A stretch of 64,000 nt of DNA from an uncultured Clostridium sp. (GTDB lineage: Bacteria > Bacillota > Clostridia > Clostridiales > Clostridiaceae), in NCBI RefSeq assembly GCF_900547475.1, contig NZ_URGW01000019.1; one strand, written 5' to 3'. The translations under genes were made by a program, and so were the position numbers. The notes under the pieces were generated by a model that ran no database searches, was not told the origin of the DNA, and was given only the letters and a program-made list of their open reading frames with translations. Positions 49,170-58,843 of this stretch are shown here, piece by piece. Every line of letters begins with the position of its first letter. The stretch's first letter is position 1.

Positions 49170-50495
49170 ATGAATAATAATGATAATAATATGTTTGGAC
49201 AAACATTTAATGAAGATATATATGAAAATCAGCAAATAGGATATCAAAATCAACAAGGTATGTACCAAAATCAACAGATGGGATATCAAAATCAACAAAT
49301 GGGATATCAGGGTCAACCAGGAATGTATCCAAACCAACAAATGGGATATCAAGGTCAACCAGGAGTATATCCAAATCAACAAATGAATTACCAAGGTCAA
49401 ATGGGAATGTATCCAAATGATAATATACAAGTTCCAAATGATAACTTTGATATGGCAACTATATCAGAATATAAACAAAGATTAAGAGGAATGAAAGAAG
49501 TTCAAGATCTTACTAGTGAAGTAGAAATTCAAAATCCTAACTCTATAGTTATGTTTGGACAAAAAGCAAGTGAAAATATATCTAAGGTTTCCGATGAATT
49601 ATTAAAATCAATGAAGTCTGTAAAATCAGAAGAAGCTAGTGAAATGCTAGTAAACTTAACTAAAATAATGGATAAATTTGATGTTAAGGAACTTGAAGGT
49701 ACGGAAAAACAATCTATGTTCTCTAAAATTATGAAAGGTGTAGGTAATAGTGTAGCTAAATTATTTCAAAAATACGATACTATGGGGTATGAAGTAGAGA
49801 AGGTATATGTATTATTAAAGAAATATGAAAATGATATTAGAGAGTCAAATGCTAATTTAAAGAAATTATATGATGCTAATCTTCATTATTATCAATTATT
49901 AGAAAAGTATATTGTTGCAGGAGAGTTAGCATTAGAAGAAATAGATTTATATATACAGCAAATATCAATGAATACTGCGATGAATCAAGAAGAAAAACAG
50001 ATGTTAACTCAAAAACTTGAAATAAGTAAAGAAATGTTATCACAACGTGTATATGATCTTCAAATTGCAGAAAATGTTGCAATTCAAGCGGCGCCTATGA
50101 TTCAAACTATACAAATGTCTAATTTTAATTTAATGAGAAAAATAAATTCATCATTTATAGTTACATTGCCAATATTTAAGCAATGCTTAGCACAAGCTGT
50201 TATATTAAAAAGACAAGAAATTCAAGCTAAATCAATTAAGCAGTTAGATGATAAGACTAATGAGCTTATTATGAGAAATGCTCAAAATACAGCTAGACAG
50301 TCAGTAGAGATTGCAAGAATGGCATCAGGAAGTTCAGTGGCTATTTCTACATTAGAGAAATCTTTTGAAACAATAATGAAAGGAATTGAGGATACTAAAG
50401 CAATTCAAGAAGCAAATAGAGCACAAAGAGTAGAGAATTCAGCTAAACTCGAACAAATTAAACACTCTATGAAAAAGAATATAGCTCAGTTTTAA
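49170..50495 (+). CDS. telA: toxic anion resistance protein (TelA/KlaA/YceH family) with an N-terminal low-complexity repeat
   Basis: Long helical domain with YIVAGE, QRVYDL, QAAPMIQTIQ..N..L.RKINSSFIVTLPIFK. Confidence 0.9.
   Translation: MNNNDNNMFGQTFNEDIYENQQIGYQNQQGMYQNQQMGYQNQQMGYQGQPGMYPNQQMGYQGQPGVYPNQQMNYQGQMGMYPNDNIQVPNDNFDMATISEYKQRLRGMKEVQDLTSEVEIQNPNSIVMFGQKASENISKVSDELLKSMKSVKSEEASEMLVNLTKIMDKFDVKELEGTEKQSMFSKIMKGVGNSVAKLFQKYDTMGYEVEKVYVLLKKYENDIRESNANLKKLYDANLHYYQLLEKYIVAGELALEEIDLYIQQISMNTAMNQEEKQMLTQKLEISKEMLSQRVYDLQIAENVAIQAAPMIQTIQMSNFNLMRKINSSFIVTLPIFKQCLAQAVILKRQEIQAKSIKQLDDKTNELIMRNAQNTARQSVEIARMASGSSVAISTLEKSFETIMKGIEDTKAIQEANRAQRVENSAKLEQIKHSMKKNIAQF
49221..49418 (+). 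repeat. 21-bp coding tandem repeat (9 full copies plus 1 partial) with higher-order 42-bp periodicity
   Basis: Encodes YENQQIG YQNQQGM YQNQQMG YQNQQMG YQGQPGM YPNQQMG YQGQPGV YPNQQMN YQGQMGM YPN. Confidence 0.95.
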
Positions 50496-50580
50496 AATAA
50501 TTAAGGATAGTGAATAAAAATAGAAAAATAGGAACAATTAAAATAAATAGAAAAACTGATAAAACATACTCTGAAAAGAG

Positions 50581-50609
50581 TTGAAAATAAATTTATTAAG
50601 TGGTATAAT
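50581..50609 (+). promoter_or_regulatory. internal sigma-A promoter for the three terD genes
   Basis: TTGAAA, 17-bp spacer, TATAAT with TG extension. Confidence 0.6.
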
Positions 50610-50672
50610 TTATCACATAAAATATTTTTTAATAGTGTTTTAAAGAGATATTTAGAGTTAGGGGGTATAAAA

Positions 50673-51299
50673 ATGGGAATTAACTTAGGTTCAATGATGA
50701 ACAATATGCGTTCTAATGCAAATGATAATGGAGTAAATGCATTAAATTTAAAAAAGAATGATGTTTTAAATCTAACAAAGAAGAATCCAGGATTAAAGAA
50801 AGTTATCTTAGGAGCTGGATGGGATGTAGCGAGTATAGGGCAAGATTTTGATTTAGATATAGCAGCATTTTTATTAAATACAAATGGAAAGGTTCAAAAT
50901 ATACCTGATGACGTGATATTCTTTAACAATATGCAAGGACAAGGGATTTATCTAGAAGGTGATAATAGAACTGGGGTTGGAGATGGTGATGACGAAAGAA
51001 TAAGATTAGATTTAGAATCAATTTCATCACATGTTCAAAAAATAGTTTTTGTTGTTACTATACATGAAGCTCAAGCAAAAAGACAAACCTTTGGAATGGT
51101 AGAAAATTCTTATGTTAGAATTTTAGATGAGGAGCGTAATGAAAAAGAAATTTGTAGATTTAATTTAAAGGAAAATGGTTCAACAGTTACTTCAGTGATT
51201 TTTGCAGAATTATATAAAGTAAGTGGAGAATGGCAATTTAAAGCAATTGGAGAAGGAAAGATTGCCGATTTAAATGGAATTTTAGGATTATATATGTAA
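50673..51299 (+). CDS. terD: TerD family stress protein
   Basis: Motifs GAGWD, FDLD, IFFNN, GDNRTGVGDGDDE, FAELY..GEWQFKAIGEG. Confidence 0.93.
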   Translation: MGINLGSMMNNMRSNANDNGVNALNLKKNDVLNLTKKNPGLKKVILGAGWDVASIGQDFDLDIAAFLLNTNGKVQNIPDDVIFFNNMQGQGIYLEGDNRTGVGDGDDERIRLDLESISSHVQKIVFVVTIHEAQAKRQTFGMVENSYVRILDEERNEKEICRFNLKENGSTVTSVIFAELYKVSGEWQFKAIGEGKIADLNGILGLYM

Positions 51300-51318
51300 G
51301 GAATATGAGATTTGGAGG

Positions 51319-51906
51319 ATGAATAATATGGCAGGAGTTTTAAATTTACAAAAAAATGATATTTTAGATTTAAGAAAGGCAGAACCAGGGTTAAAGCATG
51401 TTATGCTAGGAGCTGGATGGGATGTTGCTAAGAAGGGATTCTTTAATATAGGGCCAGATTGTGATTTAGATTTAATAGCATTATTATTAGATAACAATGA
51501 TAAATTAATAAATAGAGGTGTAATATACTTCGGAAATTTAAAAGGGGATGGAATATACTTACATGGAGATAATAGAACAGGAGCTGGTGATGGAGATGAT
51601 GAAAAAATATCAGTTGATTTAGATAGATTACCAGCTCAATGTGAAAAAGTTATATTTGCTCTTAATATTTATGATGCAGTATCAAGAAAACAAACTTTTT
51701 CTAAGATAAAAAATGCTTATATTAGAATTTTAAATGAGGATAAAGGCAATAAGGAAATTTGTAGATATAATCTATCAGAAGATGGAGGAGATAATACAGC
51801 ATTACTTTTTGCGGAATTACAAAGAGCAAGTGGAAATTGGCAATTTAAAGCTAAGGGAGAATTATTAAAAGCTACAGTTAAATCTTTAGCAGATATGTAT
51901 AAATAG
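51319..51906 (+). CDS. terD: TerD family stress protein (TerZ/YceC-like paralog)
   Basis: Motifs GAGWD, DCDLD, IYFGNL, GDNRTGAGDGDDE, WQFKA. Confidence 0.9.
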   Translation: MNNMAGVLNLQKNDILDLRKAEPGLKHVMLGAGWDVAKKGFFNIGPDCDLDLIALLLDNNDKLINRGVIYFGNLKGDGIYLHGDNRTGAGDGDDEKISVDLDRLPAQCEKVIFALNIYDAVSRKQTFSKIKNAYIRILNEDKGNKEICRYNLSEDGGDNTALLFAELQRASGNWQFKAKGELLKATVKSLADMYK

Positions 51907-51920
51907 AGGAGGAATTAATT

Positions 51921-52550
51921 ATGGGAATTAATTTAGGTTCAGGATTTGGAAATTTAACAGGGAATACAAATAATAGTACACCAGCTGGTGGGATTTTAAA
52001 TTTAAATAAAAATGATATTTTAGATTTAACAAAAAGAAATCCAGGCTTAAAAAGAGTAATGCTTGGTGCAGGCTGGGATATTTCAAATAATGGTTCAGAT
52101 TTTGACTTAGACATAGCAGCATTTTTATTAGATGCTAATAATAAATTTAATACTGTTTCGAATGTAATATTCTTTAATAATAGAGCGGGTCAAGGAATTG
52201 CTTTAGCTGGTGATAATAGAACAGGTGCTGGTGAAGGTGACGATGAAACAATAAATATAGAATTAGATAAGATTGATTCAAACATAGCAAAAATAGTCTT
52301 TGTTGTTACAATTCACGAAGCAATGGCTAAGAGACAAACTTTTGGAATGATAAATAATTCATATGTTAGATTAGTTGATTTAGATCAAAATGGAAAAGAG
52401 TTATGTAGATTTAACTTAAAGGAAAATGGATCAACTGCTACATCTGTAATATTTGCAGAACTTAATAGGAGTGGATCAGAATGGCAGTTTAAAGCTGTTG
52501 GAGAAGGGAAGATTGCTGATTTAAATGGAGTATTAGCTTTATATCAATAG
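51921..52550 (+). CDS. terD: TerD family stress protein
   Basis: Motifs GAGWD, FDLD, GDNRTGAGEGDDE, WQFKAVGEG; close paralog of 50673-51299. Confidence 0.93.
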   Translation: MGINLGSGFGNLTGNTNNSTPAGGILNLNKNDILDLTKRNPGLKRVMLGAGWDISNNGSDFDLDIAAFLLDANNKFNTVSNVIFFNNRAGQGIALAGDNRTGAGEGDDETINIELDKIDSNIAKIVFVVTIHEAMAKRQTFGMINNSYVRLVDLDQNGKELCRFNLKENGSTATSVIFAELNRSGSEWQFKAVGEGKIADLNGVLALYQ

Positions 52551-52559
52551 TTAAAGAAG

Positions 52560-52600
52560 TACATGCAAAAGATAAAGTTGCTTTTGCATGTATATTTTTT
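52560..52600 (+). terminator. terminator after the terD genes
   Basis: 12-bp stem TACATGCAAAAG / CTTTTGCATGTA with a T tail. Confidence 0.75.
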
Positions 52601-52707
52601 AAAAAATTTAACATTGTAATATTTTTAAAATGTTAAAATAAATGATAATATAATAGATATTGATTATTATATTAAAATATGTAAATTTTATTTAAGGAGA
52701 GAATGGA

Positions 52708-55359
52708 ATGATTAAAGGGCTTAATAAAAAGCAAGTAGATGAAAGTAGAAAGCTCTATGGGGATAATATAATCCATGAAGCAGAGCCAGAAACATTTTGG
52801 GACAAATTTAAGGGTGCATTTGATGATCCAATGATTAAGTTATTATTGGCAATTGCAGCAATTATGGCAGTAATGGCATTCATGGGATATGCTGAGTTTG
52901 GAGAGTTAATTGGTATAGCAATATCTGTATTATTAGTAACAGGAATTTCAGCGAAGACAGAAATTGCAAGTGATAATGAGTATAGAAAATTAAAAGACTC
53001 AACTAAAAAGGAAGTATGCAAAGTATATAGAGATGGTAAGGTTGTTGAAATTGAAGTAAATGATCTTGTTGTGGGAGATATGGTAATACTTCAAAGTGGG
53101 GATAAAATTCCTGCTGATGGGTATCTTTATCAAGGAGATTTAAGAGTAGATAACTCAGCTCTTAATGGTGAAGCAGAAGAGTGTAAAAAGTTTGCTGTAG
53201 AAGATTCTAAAGCATATAAAGAAAGTGCTATGACAGCAGATGTAACTGGAGATACTTTTGTTGATGCTCACTCTTTATTTAGAGGTGCAGTAGTATTCAA
53301 TGGTGAAGGAGTTATGGAAGTTACTAAAGTTGGTATGAAAACTATGATGGGTGCTATGGCTGCAGATATGGCTGATGATGAAGTAGCAAGTCCGTTAAAA
53401 GTTAAACTTACTAAGCTTGCAGAGCAAATTTCTATGTTTGGATATATTGGTTCAGTTGTTATTGCATTAGCATTATTAGGACATAAGGTAATAGTAGCTG
53501 GTGGTTTTGCAGAGTATTTCTCAATCGGTGGTGTATTAATATTTAAAGATGTATTAGAAGCAATTATGTTAGCTGTTGTTATTGTTGTTATGGCTGTTCC
53601 AGAGGGGTTACCTCTTATGATTGCAATTGTTCTTATGAGAAATACTTCTAAGATGTTACAAAATAATGTACTTGTTAGAAAGCCGATTGGTATTGAGACA
53701 GCAGGTTCATTAAATATATTATTCTCAGATAAAACAGGTACAATTACTAAAGGTGAATTAGAAGTTGTAGAATTTTTTGATGGTAATTTAAAAGATACTT
53801 ATAAAGATGGTTCTAAAGTAAAAGAAATGATGAATCTTTGTATTGGTAAAAATACAGGAGCAATGTTTGATGCAAATGGTAAAGTTGTTGGAGGAAATGC
53901 TACTGATAAGGCATTACTTAATTTCTTAACACAACAAGAGATGTCAAAATTAACAGATATAGTTGTTGAAAAATCACAAGGATTTAACTCAGCTAATAAA
54001 TATTCAGCAAGTCAATTAATTGGAAAAACAGTATATAAGGGTGCTCCAGAAAGATTACTTGCAAAGGCTACAAAAATGTTAGATGAAAACGGAAATGTAG
54101 TTGAGATAAATAAAAATAAAATTAATAATAAGATAGATGAATTAGCTGTAAGAGCTATGAGAGTTTTATCATTTGCATATAGTGAAAGTGGACTAGTAGA
54201 GGATACTCTTCCAGATGATTTAGTTATTGTTGGATTTGTTGGAATTCGTGATGATGTAAGAATGGAAGCAAAGCAAGCTATTGAGGAAGTTCAAAATGCT
54301 GGTGTTCAAGTTGTAATGATAACTGGTGATAGAAAAGAAACAGCAGTTGCAATTGCGAAGGAAGCTGGATTATTAAAATCAGATAAAGATGTTGCATTAA
54401 CTTCAGAGGAATTAAATAAAATGTCTGATGAAGAAGTAAAGGCTATTATACCTAACTTAAGAGTAATAGCTAGAGCATTACCAACCGATAAATCAAGAAT
54501 GGTAAGACTTGCTCAAGAGTTAAATCTTGTATGTGGTATGACTGGTGATGGTGTTAATGATGCTCCAGCATTAAAGAGAGCTGATGTTGGTTTTGCAATG
54601 GGTAGTGGTACAGATGTAGCTAAAGAGGCTGGTTCGATAGTAATATTAGATGATAACTTCAAATCAATTGAAAATGCTATTTTATATGGTAGAACAATCT
54701 ATAATAATATTTTAAAGTTTATAAAATTCCAATTAACTATAAATGTTGGAGCTGTTGCGGTATGTGCTATTGCACCATTCTTTGGAATTGAAGAGCCGTT
54801 AAAAATTACTCATATACTTTGGATTAACTTAGTTATGGATGGTCTTGGAGCATTAGCTTTAGGTTCTGAACCAGCACTTAAGAAATATATGCTTGAAAAG
54901 CCTAAATCAAGAACTCAAAGTATAGTTTCTGGTAAGATGATGAATCAAATTATTTTTGCAGGGGCATGGGTAACTGTACTAAGCTTTATATTCTTGAAAG
55001 TTCCATATTTTGTAGACATGTTCCCTAATACAGAAGAACATATGACAGCATATTTCTCAATGTTTGTACTTTGTGCAGTATTTAATGGATTTAATGTAAG
55101 AAGTGAAAATGCTAATATATTTGAACATATAAATGAAAATATGAGTTTCTTAAAAGTAATGGGAATAATAATAGTAGTTCAAGTAGTATTAACAATTATT
55201 GGTGGAGAAATGTTTAGTTGTACACCAATCTCTATAAAGCATTGGTTAGTTGTAATTCTTATGGCAATTACAATTATTCCAGTTGACATGTTAAGAAAAG
55301 CTGTAGTAAATACTTTTAGCAAAGATACAGTTAATCAAAATGTAGCAGAAACTGTTTAA
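52708..55359 (+). CDS. calcium-translocating P-type ATPase, PMCA (P2B)-like
   Basis: Motifs VPEGL, DKTGT, KGAPE, MITGD, TGDGVNDAPAL, LWINLVMD. Confidence 0.92.
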   Translation: MIKGLNKKQVDESRKLYGDNIIHEAEPETFWDKFKGAFDDPMIKLLLAIAAIMAVMAFMGYAEFGELIGIAISVLLVTGISAKTEIASDNEYRKLKDSTKKEVCKVYRDGKVVEIEVNDLVVGDMVILQSGDKIPADGYLYQGDLRVDNSALNGEAEECKKFAVEDSKAYKESAMTADVTGDTFVDAHSLFRGAVVFNGEGVMEVTKVGMKTMMGAMAADMADDEVASPLKVKLTKLAEQISMFGYIGSVVIALALLGHKVIVAGGFAEYFSIGGVLIFKDVLEAIMLAVVIVVMAVPEGLPLMIAIVLMRNTSKMLQNNVLVRKPIGIETAGSLNILFSDKTGTITKGELEVVEFFDGNLKDTYKDGSKVKEMMNLCIGKNTGAMFDANGKVVGGNATDKALLNFLTQQEMSKLTDIVVEKSQGFNSANKYSASQLIGKTVYKGAPERLLAKATKMLDENGNVVEINKNKINNKIDELAVRAMRVLSFAYSESGLVEDTLPDDLVIVGFVGIRDDVRMEAKQAIEEVQNAGVQVVMITGDRKETAVAIAKEAGLLKSDKDVALTSEELNKMSDEEVKAIIPNLRVIARALPTDKSRMVRLAQELNLVCGMTGDGVNDAPALKRADVGFAMGSGTDVAKEAGSIVILDDNFKSIENAILYGRTIYNNILKFIKFQLTINVGAVAVCAIAPFFGIEEPLKITHILWINLVMDGLGALALGSEPALKKYMLEKPKSRTQSIVSGKMMNQIIFAGAWVTVLSFIFLKVPYFVDMFPNTEEHMTAYFSMFVLCAVFNGFNVRSENANIFEHINENMSFLKVMGIIIVVQVVLTIIGGEMFSCTPISIKHWLVVILMAITIIPVDMLRKAVVNTFSKDTVNQNVAETV

Positions 55360-55389
55360 GACAAATTTTAATATGAAAAAGTCAGTCTA

Positions 55390-55428
55390 AATAAATAAAA
55401 AGTCGGTATTACCGACTTTTTATTTATT
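55390..55428. terminator. bidirectional terminator
   Basis: 18-bp stem AATAAATAAAAAGTCGGT / ACCGACTTTTTATTTATT. Confidence 0.85.
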
Positions 55429-57343
55429 AAACTAGATTTTCCCATTCTTCATAAAGTTGAGAAATAGTGTCTTCTAATTTTTTAATTTCACCATTAACTC
55501 TTTGACTTTCAGAAGGATTAGAGTAAACAGATTCTAAACAAAGTTGTTCTTGTAAGTTTGTTAATTCATCTTCTTTTTCAGCAATTGTTTTTTCAAGGTT
55601 TTTAATTTTAGTTTGAAGAGCTTTAGCCTCTTTTTCTGCCTCACGCTTTTTCTTCTTTTCATCTTTAAGCTGAGTTTTAGTTTTTCCATTAGCTAATTCT
55701 TCATAATCTTCAAAACGTGTAGGATTAAGTTTCTTTTCTTGATAGTAACTATAATTACCAAGGTACTCAGAAACACCATCTTCTTTAAGTTCGAGTATAC
55801 GTCCAATTACTTTATTTAAGAAGTATCTATCATGAGATATAACCATTAAGGTTCCATCATACTCTAATATAGCATCTTCTAAAGCTTCTCTAGAGATAAT
55901 ATCAAGGTGATTAGTAGGTTCATCTAGTAGAAGTAAATTAGATTTAGAAAGCATAAGCTTCAATAAATTTATTCTACATTTCTCACCACCACTTAGAGTA
56001 TTTATAACTTTAAATACATCATCACCAGTAAATAAGAAAGAAGCTAGATAACTTCTAAGCTTAGAGGTTGTTAAATTAGGAAACTCATCCCAAACTTCAT
56101 CTAATATTGTTTTATCTAAATTTAAATCTGATTGTTCCTGATCATAATATCCAACATTTACGTTAGTACCTAATACTTTAACACCTTTATCAGCTTCAAC
56201 TTTATCCATTATTATTTTAAAAAGCGTAGTTTTTCCTCTACCATTTTCACCAATTAAAGCAACTTTCTCACCACGTTTTAAATCAATATTTAAATTTGTG
56301 AATAATGTTTTTTCACCATAAGATTTATTCATATCTTCTATATGTAAAACGTCATATCCACTTTTTATAGAAGCTTCAAATTTGATTTTAGATCCTTCCT
56401 TTTCGTGTGCTGGAGCCTCAATTCGCTCCATTTTCTCTAATGCTTTTTCCCTACTTTCAGCAGCTCTTATACTTTTTTCTCTATTAAAAGAACGGAACTT
56501 TTCAATAATTGCTTCTTGTCTTTTAATTTCAGCTTGTTGAAGATTATAAGCTTTAAGCTTTGCTTCATAGTTCTTTTTTCTAAGGTCTATAAATTTAGAA
56601 TAAGGAACATTATAGCATTCAACTTTTCCTCCAATAACTTCAAAAGTACTAGTTGTTACTGAATCTAAGAAGAATCTATCATGAGATATTACTAAAACAG
56701 TTCCTTTATAGTTTTTCATATAATCTTCTAACCAGCTAATTGCCTCTAAATCTAAGTGGTTAGTGGGCTCATCAAGTAAAATAATATCAGGCTTACGTAG
56801 TAATAATTTACATAATGCAACTCTTGTTTTTTGTCCACCGCTTAAAGTATTTATAGATTTATAAAAATCATCTTCAGTAAAGCCAAGCCCTTTTAATACT
56901 CTTGATATTTCACCTTTATATACATAACCACCTTTATGTGAATATATATCTTGAAGAGTAGTATAATCTTTTATGAGCTTGTCATGATATGAAGCATTAT
57001 TTTCATCGTAAGGTTCATTCATTTTTATTTCTAAAGATGAAAGCCTTTCTTCAATATTTAGGAGCTCATGAAATACAGAAAGAGCTTCTTCATAAATATT
57101 TTTATCAGAGTCTAATGCTAAATTTTGTGATAAATATCCTAAAGTTTTATTTTTATCTATAAATATTTCACCTGAGTCTTGGGATATTTCTTTAGTTATT
57201 ATTTTAAAGAGAGTTGATTTTCCTTCACCATTAGCACCAATAATTCCAACTTTATCACCATCATTTATTGAAAATGTAATATCTTTAAGGACATCGCGAA
57301 TTCCGTAACTTTTACATATATCTTTACAACTTAGTATTATCAT
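55427..57343 (-). CDS. ABC-F family ribosome-associated ATPase (YdiF-like)
   Basis: Two NBDs (LSGGQKTR, LDEPTNHLD; LSGGEKCR, LDEPTNHLD), no TM segments, coiled-coil C-terminus. Confidence 0.93.
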   Translation of the reverse strand: MIILSCKDICKSYGIRDVLKDITFSINDGDKVGIIGANGEGKSTLFKIITKEISQDSGEIFIDKNKTLGYLSQNLALDSDKNIYEEALSVFHELLNIEERLSSLEIKMNEPYDENNASYHDKLIKDYTTLQDIYSHKGGYVYKGEISRVLKGLGFTEDDFYKSINTLSGGQKTRVALCKLLLRKPDIILLDEPTNHLDLEAISWLEDYMKNYKGTVLVISHDRFFLDSVTTSTFEVIGGKVECYNVPYSKFIDLRKKNYEAKLKAYNLQQAEIKRQEAIIEKFRSFNREKSIRAAESREKALEKMERIEAPAHEKEGSKIKFEASIKSGYDVLHIEDMNKSYGEKTLFTNLNIDLKRGEKVALIGENGRGKTTLFKIIMDKVEADKGVKVLGTNVNVGYYDQEQSDLNLDKTILDEVWDEFPNLTTSKLRSYLASFLFTGDDVFKVINTLSGGEKCRINLLKLMLSKSNLLLLDEPTNHLDIISREALEDAILEYDGTLMVISHDRYFLNKVIGRILELKEDGVSEYLGNYSYYQEKKLNPTRFEDYEELANGKTKTQLKDEKKKKREAEKEAKALQTKIKNLEKTIAEKEDELTNLQEQLCLESVYSNPSESQRVNGEIKKLEDTISQLYEEWENLV

Positions 57344-57408
57344 AATTTCCTCCAGTTAGACGAAGTTTTCCTTATAATTATACTATTATAGTAAATCTAT
57401 ATCAAATT

Positions 57409-57441
57409 AAAAAGGAGATGTTTTTCAACAACTCCTTTTTT
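57409..57441 (-). terminator. terminator of the DUF4397 operon
   Basis: Stem AAAAAGGAG / CTCCTTTTT immediately after the minus-strand stop codon. Confidence 0.65.
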
Positions 57442-58058
57442 TAGATTGCGTCATCAAATAATAGATATCCAAGAGGTGGTTTATCATTGAACACTCCGAT
57501 AATATAAATACTATAGAATCTACCACCATCTAGAGTAATATTTTTAATAAATTTTGTAGTAACCTGAGAAGAACCCAAAAGAACCTCAAAATTATAAATT
57601 CCAGCTGATAATGGATAATAACCTGTAGTTTCTAAATATTCTGCTTGGTTAAATAGAGTAACTCCATTAGGCAAAGCTAAACTAAGCAAGGGAGCATTTG
57701 AAGATAAATTAATAAATCTTAAAAATGCTTGAGATTTAGTTGCAGGAATATTATCATCTTTTAATCTAAATAGATATAAATCATTAGATAATGTAACTAT
57801 TGAAACTGTATAATTAGCATTTGCTATTAATTGAATAGTTTGACTTAATAGTGGTTTATCGTAAGTTCCTGTTGGAAATAATTGAAACTCGTATTCGCCA
57901 GGTGAAAAAATAGTATATTTAGATATTTTTCCAAAGGCCAAATTATTTGTTAAAAGAGATCCGTTTAAATAAACATCAACATTTGGGGCATTAGGAACTG
58001 CATGAAGAATTCTCACACTAGTATCAACTCGGGGAAGTGATTTTGAGAATTGTTCCAT
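57441..58058 (-). CDS. DUF4397 domain protein (possible spore coat protein)
   Basis: VRILHAVPNAPNVDVYLNG and the duplicated LRFINLSSNAP. Confidence 0.85.
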   Translation of the reverse strand: MEQFSKSLPRVDTSVRILHAVPNAPNVDVYLNGSLLTNNLAFGKISKYTIFSPGEYEFQLFPTGTYDKPLLSQTIQLIANANYTVSIVTLSNDLYLFRLKDDNIPATKSQAFLRFINLSSNAPLLSLALPNGVTLFNQAEYLETTGYYPLSAGIYNFEVLLGSSQVTTKFIKNITLDGGRFYSIYIIGVFNDKPPLGYLLFDDAI

Positions 58059-58067
58059 ATAAATCAC

Positions 58068-58814
58068 CTACCTTTTACAGTTATCAAGAGAGAGTTGTAT
58101 TATTTTTTTTATTAATAATTTAGAAATAGGATAAGGGATTCTATAGGTTTTCATAGTAGCTAATATTCCTGGATTATCTTTTTCTATTAATGCGAATAAT
58201 TCATTAACTTCATCTTCAGTGCAATTATTTTTTCTAGATTCAGATGAAGAAAAATCTACTGATATATCGAAATTTCTTAAAATATCAAGTATATTAACAG
58301 AATCATCTAAATATCTTTCATTAACATTTGGTTCGTTATATGAATAAAGAAAGTTGTCATCTTGTTCAGTTGGATATTCTAAGTTAGTATTATTATAATT
58401 ATTAGGATTTATATTATTATTATAGGTATTGTTAGGGTTTGTATAGTTATTATTATAGGTATTAGGATTTATATACTTATTGTTGTAATCATTAGTATTA
58501 GTTGTACTATTAATATTGCCATTTAAGGATGTATTTGAATCCAAAGTTGGTATATTTTTAGGATAAGGTGTAAGTGGAGCTAATTCAGTTAATGGGTTTG
58601 TAGTTAATGGTAATGGTGTTGGATTAATATTTAAATTTGGAAAACCCAATGATATAGTACCTAAAGTTTTAGTTACAGAAACCCCATCTATATTAAATTG
58701 TAATGGGAATTTTGCACTATTAGGTGCTAAAGATGAGTCAATATTTAAGGGAATAAAATTTAAATCATCATCCATATTATTATATTTTTCAATATTACTT
58801 TTTTTTGAACTCAT
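58068..58814 (-). CDS. hypothetical Asn/Pro-rich protein, probably spore-associated
   Basis: RBS GGAGG; YNN..NPN repeats; sigma-K-like promoter upstream; co-oriented with and adjacent to the DUF4397 gene. Confidence 0.75.
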   Translation of the reverse strand: MSSKKSNIEKYNNMDDDLNFIPLNIDSSLAPNSAKFPLQFNIDGVSVTKTLGTISLGFPNLNINPTPLPLTTNPLTELAPLTPYPKNIPTLDSNTSLNGNINSTTNTNDYNNKYINPNTYNNNYTNPNNTYNNNINPNNYNNTNLEYPTEQDDNFLYSYNEPNVNERYLDDSVNILDILRNFDISVDFSSSESRKNNCTEDEVNELFALIEKDNPGILATMKTYRIPYPISKLLIKKIIQLSLDNCKR

Positions 58815-58843
58815 TAATACCCTCCAAGTAATAATTTATTAAT

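Noticed and set aside
49221..49418. 21-bp periodic repeat considered as a CRISPR array
   Set aside because: No unique spacers, in frame within telA, degenerate at synonymous positions, and no cas genes nearby.
49164..49458. Two minus-strand ORFs (88 and 83 aa) with repeated peptides
   Set aside because: Antisense shadows of the telA repeat; no RBS seen.
50501..50704. 67-aa minus-strand ORF between telA and terD
   Set aside because: It overlaps the terD promoter and start codon, has no RBS, and lies in low-complexity A-rich DNA.
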